NCBI RefSeq assembly: GCF_036365525.1 | Contig: NC_090379.1 | Span: 92,489,206 to 92,553,205, forward strand | Length of the DNA stretch: 64,000 bases | Origin: Heterodontus francisci | Lineage: Eukaryota | Direction: 5' to 3' | Shown: positions 50,671-62,523 of the stretch, in pieces | How positions within the stretch are numbered: position 1 is the first letter of the stretch | How the letters are laid out: each line of letters opens with the position of its first letter | Translations under genes and position numbers: made by a program | The notes under the pieces: generated by a model | The model's input: only the letters and a program-made list of their open reading frames with translations | Told to the model about the DNA's origin: nothing | Database searches by the model: none

Positions 50671-51454
50671 CTTTTTCTTTTGGGCCTCCTTATCTCGAGA
50701 GACAATGGATACGCGCCTGGAGGTGGTCAGTGGTTTGTGAAGCAGCGCCTGGAGTGGCTATAAAGGCCAATTCTGGAGTGACAGGCTCTTCCACAGGTGC
50801 TGCAGAGAAATTTGTTTGTTGGGGCTGTTGCACAGTTGGCTCTCCCCTTGCACCTCTGTCTTTTTTCCTGCCAACTACTAAGTCTCTTCGACTCGCCACA
50901 ATTTAGCCCTGTCTTTATGGCTGCCCGCCAGCTCTGGCGAATGCTGGCAACTGACTCCCACGACTTGTGATCAATGTCACACGATTTCATGTCGCGTTTG
51001 CAGACGTCTTTATAACGGAGACATGGACGGCCGGTGGGTCTGATAGCAGTGGCGAGCTCGCTGTACAATGTGTCTTTGGGGATCCTGCCATCTTCCATGC
51101 GGCTCACATGGCCAAGCCATCTCAAGCGCCGCTGACTCAGTAGTGTGTATAAGCTGGGGGTGTTGGCCGCTTCAAGGACTTCTGTGTTGGAGATATAGTC
51201 CTGCCACCTGATGCCAAGTATTCACCGAAGGCAGCGAAGATGGAATGAATTGAGACGTCGCTCTTGGCTGGCATACGTTGTCCAGGCCTCGCTGCCGTAG
51301 AGCAAGGTACTGAGGACACAGGCCTGATACACTCGGACTTTTGTGTTCCGTGTCAGTGCGCCATTTTCCCACACTCTCTTGGCCAGTCTGGACATAGCAG
51401 TGGAAGCCTTACCCATGCGCTTGTTGATTTCTGCATCTAGAGACAGGTTACTGT
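50671..51454 (-). mobile_element. Young RTE-clade (BovB-related) LINE, 5'-truncated
   Basis: KVRVYQACVLSTLLYGSEAW, RWLGHVSRMEDGRIPKDTLYSEL, CSTCGRACHSRIGLYSHSRRC; catt duplicated on both sides (50667-50670, 51455-51458). Confidence 0.92.
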
Positions 51455-52069
51455 CATTAAAGGTGCTATATAAATACAAGGTGTTGTGGTCATAATTTTA
51501 TGGTAAAACTTTCCTGGTTGCAATTCATTCATAGAATGACGCATGGTTGAAACAGTTCACTTTTATTTAGCTGTATGCAGGTAAATGAAATCTGTCCATT
51601 TTTGAAGTGTATTTTTATTATGTATTTTAAGGATTGATAGATGGTACAACGTGTTAACAGCTCAACAGTTTTAGAATGATGGAACTTCTGTTTGTAGCGC
51701 TTTCCTCCCTGCCTATTGACTGGTTGACCATTATTGAATATTTTAATTTTTGAAATTAGTATCTTGCATTTCTATATGTTAGATATGGCTTTTTTTAATA
51801 TACAGGAAAATATGGCATTGGTTATCCAGCTATACTTTTTCTCCTGCTTGAGGATGACAGAAGCACTGGTGAAATATTGATACTAATAGTTTTTGACACC
51901 GTATGATTGAATTTTTTTTTACAAAGCTAGTTTATACCTACTACAGCTATCCCAGTCAATACTGCTATTCTTTATCCAAGTCATTTGGAGATGGGGAATA
52001 TAGGATCAGTTCAACTCCAGGATATTCTGGAGAGGAAAGATAGCCCATGTCTTTTTTCTTTCCCTCTCT

Positions 52070-52710
52070 AATACCAGTCACCTACATTAAACCCTCTCTC
52101 CTGCCTCCTCCCAACTCAGTCCATCTGCCTCTGAACCTCTCATTCATGCCCTTATCTCCAAACTTGACGACTCAGACGCTCTGCTGCCCAGCTCCCCATC
52201 CACCATGTTCTTTAAACTTCATCTCATCCAAAATTCCGCTGCCTGAATCCTATCTTGCACCAAGTCCTGCTTACCCATCGCTCTTGTCCTTGCTGTGCTA
52301 CTTTGGCTCCCAGTCCTCTGGGAGTCAAATTTTAATTTTAAAACCTCCAATTTTAATTTCTTAACCTTGTGGCCTCACCCTTCCCTATTTTTGTAACCTT
52401 GAACAGCATACAATCTTTCCTCAATCTTGGTTTCTCCGATTCTGGCCTCTTGTGTATTTTTCACTTTGCTCTTTCATCGGTGCCCATGTCTTCAGTTGCC
52501 TATGTTTCATGCACTGGAATTCCCTTCCTAAACCTCTTCATCTCCCTTTCCTCCTTTAAGAAATTTTTGATAACCCACTTCCTTTAACCAAGCTTTTCGT
52601 CATCCATCTTAATATCTCCTGCTTTAGCCCTGTGTTTTTGTCTGTACACCTCTGTGAAGTGCCTGGTGTTATTTTTCTATGTTAAAGGTGCTATATAAAT
52701 CTGTTTTTGT
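52070..52710 (+). mobile_element. L2 3' fragment
   Basis: cattcatgccctt, attttaaa, aaccaagctttt, ggtgctatataaat tail. Confidence 0.75.
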
Positions 52711-53987
52711 AGTTTCTCCTAATTGCTAATTTATGTGAAGTAATGAAATACACTCTGGTGGCCTACATATACTGGGTCAAACAGTCTATTTTGCAGTAAT
52801 CACAGTCTACTGTTGAAAGTATTTTTCAGTTTGGACTTGATCGTAAACATTGCATCATCATGTTTGACATACTCAAAAATGTTTCATTTTTTTGTCCATT
52901 TTCTCTGTGCTACTTTTGAAACAGGAACTACTTCAGGAATAGAACAGGATTGTATTTTTTAATGACAATTATATGCAAATCTGTAAGCTCACTCTTTCAC
53001 TACATCTCAAAAGGATTCCAGGGACTACAGTTTTAATATAGAAAAACAAGTAGTTGCCTTTTGTATACAAATTTACTGCCATAATAAGATATAATTTTGC
53101 CAGTTTCATAAGTTTTGTCTCTTATTTTACATGTTTTTGGTTTAGGATTTTTTGCTGTTGTTTGCTGTATGTTAGTGTAATCTGTATGTAAAGACTTTGA
53201 AAGGTTTGTATTTCTGCATCGCTACAGACTCACCAATTGCATATTGAAACAGAGATTCAACCCACTTATACAATATAAGAGCAATTCTCACTTTTGATTC
53301 AGCAGGACTGAATGCAATTGAAGACATGAACCTCGCTAAGCACTAGAACATTGAAATAAGTGAAGGATGCTGTGCAATGGCTTTAAACACAGTTGTGATA
53401 TTGCACTAATTTGGCAAACTAGTTTTGTAAAGGAAGATTATATCTTAAAATTTCGCAAATCGGGTGGGAATGAGGTGAAAAATGGTTTTGTAAAATTCAT
53501 AATTTGGTGATACAATGCTAATAAGCGTATATGTTATAAGGCCAAGTAGCTTTATCTAACCTGAATGCTAGTAGTTATAATTAGTATTAGTGTTTTTTTT
53601 GTTAATGATGAGAAAACTGAGAGCTGAGCTGATACCTATTCAGTTTTCTGTATATTGTTGATCTTTGACCACTGAAACCAGTTCAGCTGTTTCAACTGAT
53701 TGTGTAAGACTTTCTGTTAAAGGAACATTCATAACCAGCAACAAATATGGGGAAGGGAAACCTGAATCATGCTTTTTAAGGAATTTATAATTAATTTATA
53801 TAGAATTATATAAAATATAAAGCACAGGCCTTTCGGCCCAACTAGTCTGTGCATCATCTCACATTTATCTATGTTAAAGTTAATTTGCTGCTTAACTGCC
53901 CAGTCCGTAAGTTTTTTAATCTTTTACAAAATAAAACAACCTGGTAGAAACCTGCATGAATAATGGATGCTTTTTCTTTTGTTCCAG

Positions 53988-54054
53988 TTTGTCCTATCTG
54001 GCTCAGATGACTTTAATTTGTACATGTGGCGCATTCCTTCCACTTTAGAGACAG
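53988..54054 (+). CDS. DCAF5: DCAF5 exon (likely 7), 67 nt: FVLSGSDDFNLYMWRIPSTLET(G)
   Basis: tttttcttttgttccAG acceptor, GTGAGT donor at 54055; phase 0 start matches the previous exon; SGSDDFNLYMWRIP motif. Absent from the ORF track. Confidence 0.95.
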
Positions 54055-55049
54055 GTGAGTTATCATGTAGCCTGATCTGATTTACACTGATGTTTTTATA
54101 TATCTCTTTTATGGTAAATAGCGAATTTACAAATGCACGAACCAATAGCTGTTCTTGAAGTGAAACTCTAGGCTCCAAGTAACTGTTATTTAATAGGACA
54201 TTTTTCCAATGCTTAATTACTGATGTAAGATAATAAATAATCTTACACTGGAACTAATTTACTATATTTAAACATGTCTACAAAGTAATTTTATTTTACA
54301 AGTCTGGACTGATGAGTTAAGTCTCCTTGGTCTTCCAACTGTAAGGGTCTTGTGAAGTGAGTTTAAACAGTTTCCTTGTGGTGTTGGTTCATAGCACAAA
54401 ACTGCCCATTGTTGAACACTAACTTAGCAGTCTCACCCCGGCTGTGGGAAATAAAAAATGGCACTCTAATCCTGTAAAGGGTGCTCTATGTTTTGGGTTG
54501 AGGAATGGTTTTGGACCATTTGGATGAGCAAACATTGATCTTGCTGTGCCTAATGCCAGATCTAGCAATTTTTTGAAATTCATTTATCACAAATGGAGAA
54601 CTGTTCCATTCTCTAATCTACCTTGAGGAACTTAAAAAGTCACCTTCTACCCTTTTCATCCCCGCAGAAACTGAACTGGCATAGGAGAACAGAGTAACTT
54701 CATGATCAACTTAAAGAAGCAAATATTGCAACTTCATTAATACACAGCAAATAGCATGTTGAGTTAGCCTTCAGATATTTGTTACAATTAGGGTTTCCTT
54801 CCAATAGTTATGTGTTGTGTTTCATGTACAAAGCAGTTCCCATTGGTGATTGTGAACTCCCTATGCAAATTTGGCCTTGGACACAATGTATGTTGAATGC
54901 AGCGTACACATGTGAACTATTACCATTGATATATACATTGGAAACAGTATGGGGTATGCCCTGTAACTTATGATCTCTATAAAATTAGCAGTGAATAATG
55001 ACAGATTTTATGGTTCAGACTGTAAATGATTGAGACAGGGATAGTGTAT

Positions 55050-55360
55050 GATAGCCTGATAGCCATGGTACTTGACTAGCAAGCAAGAGGTCTCAAGTTT
55101 AAATCTCACCATGGTAAATTGTGAAATTAAATTTAATAAATTTGTGTAGTGATCATGAAAACTGTCAGATTGTTGTAAAACCCAATTGCTTCACTGATGT
55201 CCTTCAGGGAAACCCTACCTGAGTTGGCTATACATGACTCCAGTTCAAAAGTATGTAGTTGACTCCTAATGGCCTTTGAAGGCCCTGCCATCTTCTCAAG
55301 ATGACTAGGAATGGGCAATAAATGCTACCTTGCTAGCATTGCCAAACTTAAAAAAGAAAA
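55050..55360 (+). mobile_element. Old SINE sharing its head and tail with the 17615-20740 LINE
   Basis: aagtttaaatctcaccatgg and gtgatcatgaa match the LINE head; cttctcaag...aggaatgggcaataaatgct matches the LINE tail. Confidence 0.7.
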
Positions 55361-55879
55361 TTGGTCAATCAGCTGAGCCAGTACAGCTATACTTGCCAAT
55401 ACTTTGAAACTGTTTCAAAGCAATTAAAGGTGCTAAACTTGTTGAATACTGTGCAGTAACCTTTTTGGACCACATGTCCTTGATGAAAAGCTTTTACATA
55501 AAAAAGGCACTTCAGAGTCCCAATAAACTCTGACCTTTGAATTGAGAAGGGAATTGGAAAATCTGGATGACTTCTCTGATTATATGCTTCTGTTTCTTTT
55601 GAAGCTAAACCGGTACAAAAAGGTGGATTAAAAATGATGCCTTCACAGTTAAATTAAAACTGTCACTCAAAGATAGATTTCAACGGCTTCAGGAAAGCCT
55701 CTCGTTATCCTGACCAACAATTCACACGTATTCAGAACAAAGAAAAATTGAAAATGCTGCTTGCTTGGCTCCCTAATAAACAATTGCAAAGGCCACAGCC
55801 TAAGTAAATGTAGTTGATTATTTCTATCACTTTGGTTGACTTGCATCCTTTAACATAAACACAGATGTCCACACCTGCG

Positions 55880-56272
55880 TGTTAGCCTTAGCTCAACAAT
55901 AACTTCTGAGTAAGAAAGTTGTGGGTTCAAGCCCTACCCCAGAAGTTTTAAATACATAATTTAGGCTGACAAGTCACTGTAGTACCGAGGCAGTGCTGTA
56001 CTATCGGAGGTGCTGCATTTCAGATGAGTTGCTAATCCTCCGTCCCCATTTGTCCTCTCATATGGTTGTAAAAGGTCCCATTGCACAATTTGGCCAAATT
56101 TCTTCCTCATCCAGCGTCACTAAAGCAGATTATCTGATTGTTTATCAGATAATCCACTTTTGTGATGTGGTGGGACCTTGTGCACAATTTGGCTGGAATA
56201 TTTCACTACATTACAGCAGACACTTTGGGATGTCCTGAGGTTATGAAAGGCGTACTATAACTGCAATTTCTT
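55880..56272 (+). mobile_element. DeuSINE (SacSINE1-like) with an L2-type tail
   Basis: tRNA-like head (gtgggttcaagccc), Deu-like core gtgctgtactatcggaggtgctgcatttcagatgag, tail cactttgggatgtcctgagg.tatgaaaggcg. Confidence 0.7.
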
Positions 56273-56407
56273 TCTCTCTATCGTTTCATCATCAATAGGT
56301 TTCCCACCTTCTTCACATAGAAGGAAATGCAGATGATTTCCTGGAAAACAGTTAGCAACAATTACTTTAAAGTTGTTATAATACTGACAAGCAACAGTTC
56401 TAAATAA

Positions 56408-56475
56408 ATATATATATATATATATTTAGTATCGAAGTTCTTTTTTTATCTGGAATCAAGCAATCAAATAATTTT

Positions 56476-56521
<46 letters not shown>
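56408..56521. repeat. (AT)n and (TG)n(TA)n microsatellites
   Basis: 56408-56425 and 56476-56521. Confidence 0.95.
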
Positions 56522-56522
<1 letters not shown>

Positions 56523-56996
56523 CTCCTTAAGCGTTTAAAAACTGACTTGAATTTATCACAATTTAACTGTTAAAATTGCTCTCTAGATATTTTCTGAGCT
56601 TTAAAATATCTATTTTGGCAACATATTTTGCTTGCTGATTATAACTTTGAACTTAACTCTAGCAGTGGCAGTGTGGCATTACTGTTAGGGCTCTATTTGG
56701 TTCTTGCTGACCTAACGCAGTTTTATGCTGTGAACATTTGGTTTTCTAATCATGTTAATTTGAGATGTGCAGAGGGAGAAACCTCTAATGCTTTACAAGC
56801 ATGTTTGCTGAGATAAAGGCCTGATTGTATTTGATTTTATCTAGTGGTGTTTTGAACATTAGCTTTTTAAAATTTGTTATTGCCATTATGATGTTCGTTA
56901 CTAACTGGTAAGGAAAATTGGTAATTAAATACTTCTGCTCAAGCCTAGCATTCTATATGTGCTCGAGAGCAACCTGTTTTAGCCTAGCCTCTTATT

Positions 56997-57642
56997 GGGC
57001 CAGATCGTGCTGGAAAAATAAAAGTGTGTTAACGATGTACAGCATTACTAATGTGAAAATCAGCCAGCATGTTCAGAGGATTAAGAGATAGGTCATGAGT
57101 TGCAAATCACCAGAACTTGCTGGTTTATTTATGCCGCTCTGCTGTTTACTTTGCATCAAAGGTATACCACCCTTCGCCACCCTGTTATTTTTAAGAACTT
57201 GCTGGATTTGCACATAACTTTCTATGGTAAGTTTAAAGGGAAATTAAAGAACGCACCTTTTTACTGATGTGGTAATTGTTGATAATTTTTAATGCAATGG
57301 CAGTCAACCTCCTTGACCCAGAGGGGGAACAATTTAAACTGTGGAGTCGCTTTCCTTCAGGTGGTAAATTGTTGTTAGAGATTTTAAAAGCCAATTTTTT
57401 TTCTTGCTTTTCCTTTCTATTTTCTCTCTCTTAATCCAGTCTTCCTTTCCCTCCATTCTTCCTTTTGTAACTGACTTGACTCTTAATTCATCCCTGTCTC
57501 AGTTGTTCTTCTGTTTCATTCTTGATCCTTAAATCTCATTGGTTAAGGGGCTGGTCTTCCAGCAAGTTATCTTGCTGAAGGGTCCAGAAAGAAGTTGAAC
57601 AGGGCACGCTGCAAGTTGTCCTGCTTCAGCAAGATCCAGCCC
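56997..57642. mobile_element. PIF/Harbinger-like MITE
   Basis: TIRs gggccagatcgtgctg / cagcaagatccagccc; 3-bp TSD ATT (56994-56996, 57643-57645). Confidence 0.72.
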
Positions 57643-58784
57643 ATTATGTTCTTACAGTAGTGCCTTGTAACTGTGTATTGCCTCCCTTTGATAGGCTTTG
57701 AACAATGTAACATGATATACAAGTATAATAAATTAAAAATCTTATGTCTACATGCATTTTCTCCTGACTTTGTCCATTACTAATGTCAACGTCCACATGT
57801 ATAATGGAGCTGATTATGTAAACTTGTCAAGCTGCAATTACAGTATCCTGCCAATGGAGACACTACATCACCACTGGCAGGAGGGTGTATTTACAGTAAA
57901 TGTGGACACGAATTTATAATAGAACAATAAAAATAAAGACCTAAATATGATATGCAGTCTGAATTATTTCTATGTATCCTATCCAAGTATTCCTTGCCAT
58001 CTAGCCACTTCACTTAAAGAATGCACTTATTCTTGACTCTCTGTGCACAATGCCACAGGAGACTGACTAGATAGAAGTGAAAAATTACGTTGCTTGGCTG
58101 TTTCTATTTTACATGATTGCAGAAATGCAACTGGTGTTGGCAGTAATGTCGAACAACACCTGAGACTATTCTCTTTTACAAGCAAGATTCATAGAAAGTT
58201 GCTTGGTGAACGAGGCTTAACATGGTGAGAGTGATCTCCACAGTCTCTAATGCACTTGGTTGATTTTCTTTAAACTTAAATATAAGGTCATCATTGAGCT
58301 GGAATTCAAACTGTATACTTGCTGAGTGTCGGGTTCTGTAGTATTGTGTTTAGTCAGTCACCATTACCTATTTTGTTTTTCATAACTTCCTGTTCCGCTT
58401 TTTTTTTGGGTGGTGCATTAACCTTCATGTATGTTTTTATGATTTGTTATTTAACCATGAGTGTCTCTGTGGTCAATTTTCTGACATGCCAGGTTAGTGT
58501 ACCAAGGTGTTGCCACTGACTAGTGGGATGTGAGTTTGCCCCTAACTTCCTCAAACTGCAGGTTCTGCTCTGGCTGAGTCATTGGAGAGAAGGAAAAGCA
58601 TATTTTTAGAGAGAGATCAGGTGACTTTCCCAACTGAACTCTTGTTCCACTAAGAGTTCCTCAGACAATAGAAAAGTATTTTTTTCTGAAGGGTTAGGCT
58701 CACAAATATGACTGCTCTCCTCCCTTCCCCTCATGGGGCTTTTGCTGGGGCACAGCTCTATTGGCATGCTTCTAAATTACTAAG

Positions 58785-59335
58785 AAATTACAGCACTGAT
58801 AAAGGATGTTGGGCTCCACTAGCCTGTGGTCTTTATCCTCTATGCAAGTAGCACTACTAATCCCATGTCCCCGCCATTTTTCTGTTTTCCTTTATCTCCC
58901 CATTCCTTCTTCTAGCAGTCTAACCTATTCTTAAAGGTTGACTTGGTTTCTGCCTCTACCACTAAGTCTGGTAGTGCATTCCACAGTTGCACAACATTCG
59001 ATGCAAAAAACGTTCTCCTGCCCTCTCCTAAATTCCTTGGATTTTGTATCTGTTTTCCCTTATTGTGGAAAACTCCAACCAATTCAACAGTCTGTTTCTA
59101 TCCAACCTGTTCCCTGAACACCTTTATCGAATCACCTTGTAATCTAATGAAAACAGCTAGTTTTTCCAAATGTTTTGTATTTGATTTTCTTACTAGGCAA
59201 TATCTTAGTAAATCTTGCTTTGCCCCCATATTACTTTGCTCTGCTTCCAATAGCGCGAAGGTCAGAACTGCACATAGTGCTTCAACTATGGCCTTAACTA
59301 AAATTTTATATCAATTGATCATGGCAAGTCATCTT
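58785..59335 (-). mobile_element. Old CR1 3' fragment
   Basis: Reverse-strand VVQLWNALP-like and YVQF*P-like relics. Confidence 0.65.
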
Positions 59336-60955
59336 GTATGAGTGAACATTGTCAGGCCATTTAATCAAGGGGAGGGGAGGGTATGTAAAGGCTGAGTCTG
59401 ATTCTGTACTCAAATCCATCTCCCCACAAATCTACATGCACAAAAGCTTAAAGTATTAGTTGTAACATAGAGTTGAGTTACAGGTTCTAGTTGTTGGTCA
59501 ATCGTTTCCCCTTGAGCACGAGATCAAGAATGTTCTTTGCTTTCTTGATTTTTGTCCCTAAAACATTTTTCAGTTCTACTTTTCCCTTTTTCCCCCCATT
59601 TATCCAATTTAAAACACTAGAAATTTAATTGCGCGTTTTTCAGGTGAGGAACAGGCATTTAAGGATCCAATATTGTAAGCAGGTCATGTATGCTCCTCCC
59701 ATGCCAGAAATACACTGTCTGCCATAATGGTTCATAGGTGTCTAGGGTGCATGCCAAAAGCATGCAAAAATTTCATTATCTTTAAATAAGGGTCCGACGC
59801 TTCTTGTGGGGCCCGTTCGTGACGTTGGACTGCCCCAGTGCCTGACTTGCCATGGCAACTGTTCAAGGCAAATTTATTGTAGTTGTAAAATGTGCTAAGG
59901 TTTGTGACTTTTTTCAGTCTAGCATGACATACACAAAGTTTAAAACTACAATATGAACTATTTCATGGGGAGAAGACAGCAAAATAAAAACTAAAGTATT
60001 TTCTGAAGGATTTAGGTAAATTTCTCCTATGTAATCACAAATGGATTTGTCTTTAATAGAAGCTAGCCACAACACCACCTATCCCCACCACCACCCGTAT
60101 TTCTTTGGTGGGGAGAGCCCCTGTGCTGTTTCAACTATTTAAAGTACACAATATTGCTATCATTAAACATATAGATAGCACATGTTTGCAGATGTTCATT
60201 TTCTTTGCTTACTTATTTTTTTAAAGTCTGAAGTCCACAAAATTGAGAGTGGACACTCATTCAGATGTTCGGTTTACTGTTTAGGATTCTTTGTTTATAC
60301 CAAAATGTGTTGCACACACATTTATTGACTGCATTTTATCATAGGAATTCCATATTGCTAACAGGAAAGACCAAGAAAATGCTGCAGTGACCAATGCCAA
60401 TTACCATAACTTGATAGCTGCATTGCAAAATTTAATGGAAGTTAACTTCCATCCTACACATGCCCGAAAAAACTATGCCACCAATATTCAGGATTTTTCT
60501 CTCAAATGATGTGAATTCCACAATAGTGTAATTTAATGTACAAAATGAAATTAAAATGGTGGTTCATTGGATTGTAAATGAATAGCACCACAAAATGGAA
60601 GGATGTACATTTAGTTTTTCCCTCCCTTTCCTCATATCTGTATTTGCTGTCTCAGTCATACTGCTCTGGGCAAGTGCCTCACTCGCCAGATCGGGTGGGT
60701 AGAGAATCTGGGGGAAGAGTGTTTTGTTGTGATTGGTTGGCGAACAGCAGTAGCAGTTGTCTTGATTGTAGGAGAAAAGAGGAGGTTGTGTGAAATAGAG
60801 GTATTTTGTGCTCTTTAAAGAATAAGTAATGGCAGCATATGTGAAAATGCTATTCTAAGGTTCCTGTGATTTCTATTTTTTTTCCCCCACACAAACAATC
60901 TTTTATGGTCTTTCTCGATGAGATTGCTCATTTGTAGCAAAGTCTGGTTGATTGC

Positions 60956-61037
60956 AGGTGTGAATTTGTGCCCACTGGCAGCTGCGTTCCAATTGTCCAA
61001 GCTCATTTAAAAAGGGAACTGGTGGCGATTCACACCT
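60956..61037. mobile_element. Tiny MITE-like element
   Basis: Perfect 10-bp inverted ends aggtgtgaat / attcacacct. Confidence 0.4.
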
Positions 61038-62043
61038 CATAGGTTTCAAGTGAATTCAAACTGCAATTTCAGAACTTAAAAAACGGGGTATGGATCCAGT
61101 GGGTGAAATTTGCAGGCCTCAACCCAACAGCACAGTAGTGCCCTGAAAGTGGAATGCAAGAACTTGCCGCACCATTGTCATTGCTTTCTTTGGTGTGCCC
61201 CCTCTGAGTAGGCGGCCCAATCAGCTGCCTGAAGAAGGCACCCAGCTGATTGTACTATTTAAGTCAGGGTTCTTTGCCAACAAAATAGGACCCCAATGCC
61301 ATTTTAGGGCTGAACTGGGAGGAGCTTGCACTGTGGAGCAGAACGGTAAGTTGGACTTTATTTTTGTTAGGCCAGGAGGAGCAGGAGTGTCCCTCCAGTT
61401 TTCACAAATCCAGCCTGGACTGCTGCTGCTCCAGCTGCTCTCCCATGACACAGCTACTTTCTTTGACTCCAGAGTCCGCTGCCAGTTGCCCTAGCATGCT
61501 CAGACTTTAGCCGTAGCTTGCCCTCTGGATGGACTGGACCTCTTGCCCAGACAGTCAAGCTGCCAGCCTCCCAAAAGTCCACTCGGGAATATTCGTGCTA
61601 ATATATCGTTTAGTTCCCTTAGTCATTGTTTGTGTTAAAGTTATTTGAACACTTGCATGAAACACAGCAAGAAAGTTGTCACAGCACTCTCTGTTGGGGA
61701 GAAGGAAGGATAAACATTATTGGGGAAAGTGGTCAACAAGAATTAAAAACCTAATTGTGGATTTGGATGTAGCCTTCAGATAACTGAGTCAAGCTTTGAG
61801 AGGTTGGATGAACCCAATTTCCTTTCATAGTTGAATTTTGAATGCAGTAGACTTCAGTAATTTTGACAAAATAAACATAGATTGTTATACCAAATTATCT
61901 TGCTTTAGTTATCACAAAACAAAATATGTGGTCGAATGTGTAGTGGAATCAAATGTGTATTTGTTTTTAAAAAGTGAAAATCTTAAAATGTATTTAAAAC
62001 CAAATTAATGTGTAGTCATACTTCTGATGTAAACTGTTTGCAG

Positions 62044-62171
62044 GAGGCCCCGCCAGGATTGTGAATGGTGCATTCATGATACTAAAGGGTCATCGCTCCA
62101 TCGTAAATCAAGTGCGCTTCAACCCTCATTCTTACATGATCTGCTCATCAGGAGTGGAAAAGATTATCAAG
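62044..62171 (+). CDS. DCAF5: DCAF5 exon (likely 8), 128 nt: (G)GPARIVNGAFMILKGHRSIVNQVRFNPHSYMICSSGVEKIIK
   Basis: tttgcAG acceptor, GTATGT donor at 62172; GH-containing WD40 repeat; overlaps ORF 62061..62282. Confidence 0.96.
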
Positions 62172-62399
62172 GTATGTCGTACCACCAGCAGGAGACATTT
62201 AGATTTCAGCCACTTTGGCCATCTGTGTACACTGAGACTACATTGTTTGAAGATGCTCATAACAAAACTACCATTTTTTTAAAAACAAAAAATGGGAAAT
62301 CCCTAATATAGTGGTGGCATAGACAATAAACTTTGTTAATACTGGCATTTGGCCAGTTCAAGGTTAGTATACTTGTGTTTTATTTTACATATCTCAATA

Positions 62400-62523
62400 G
62401 ACAAATCAAGGGAAATGGGAAAAGCATGGGGAAGTGGCATTGAGGTAGATGATCAGCCGTGATCTAATTGAATGGCGGAGCAGGCTCAACAGGCTGAATG
62501 GCCTATTCCTGTTCCTATGTTCC
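62400..62523 (+). mobile_element. CR1 3' UTR tip
   Basis: gatcagccgtgatctaattgaatggcggagcaggctc..ggctgaatggcctattcctgttcctatgttcc. Confidence 0.8.

Larger units (their letters stand above)
49300..51490 (+). mobile_element. Old L2 3' fragment hosting a MITE and an RTE insertion
   Basis: attcatgccctcatcacct, aaattctcatcctcgtgtt; tail ttctacatt|aaaggtgctatataaatacaag is split by the RTE. Confidence 0.7.
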
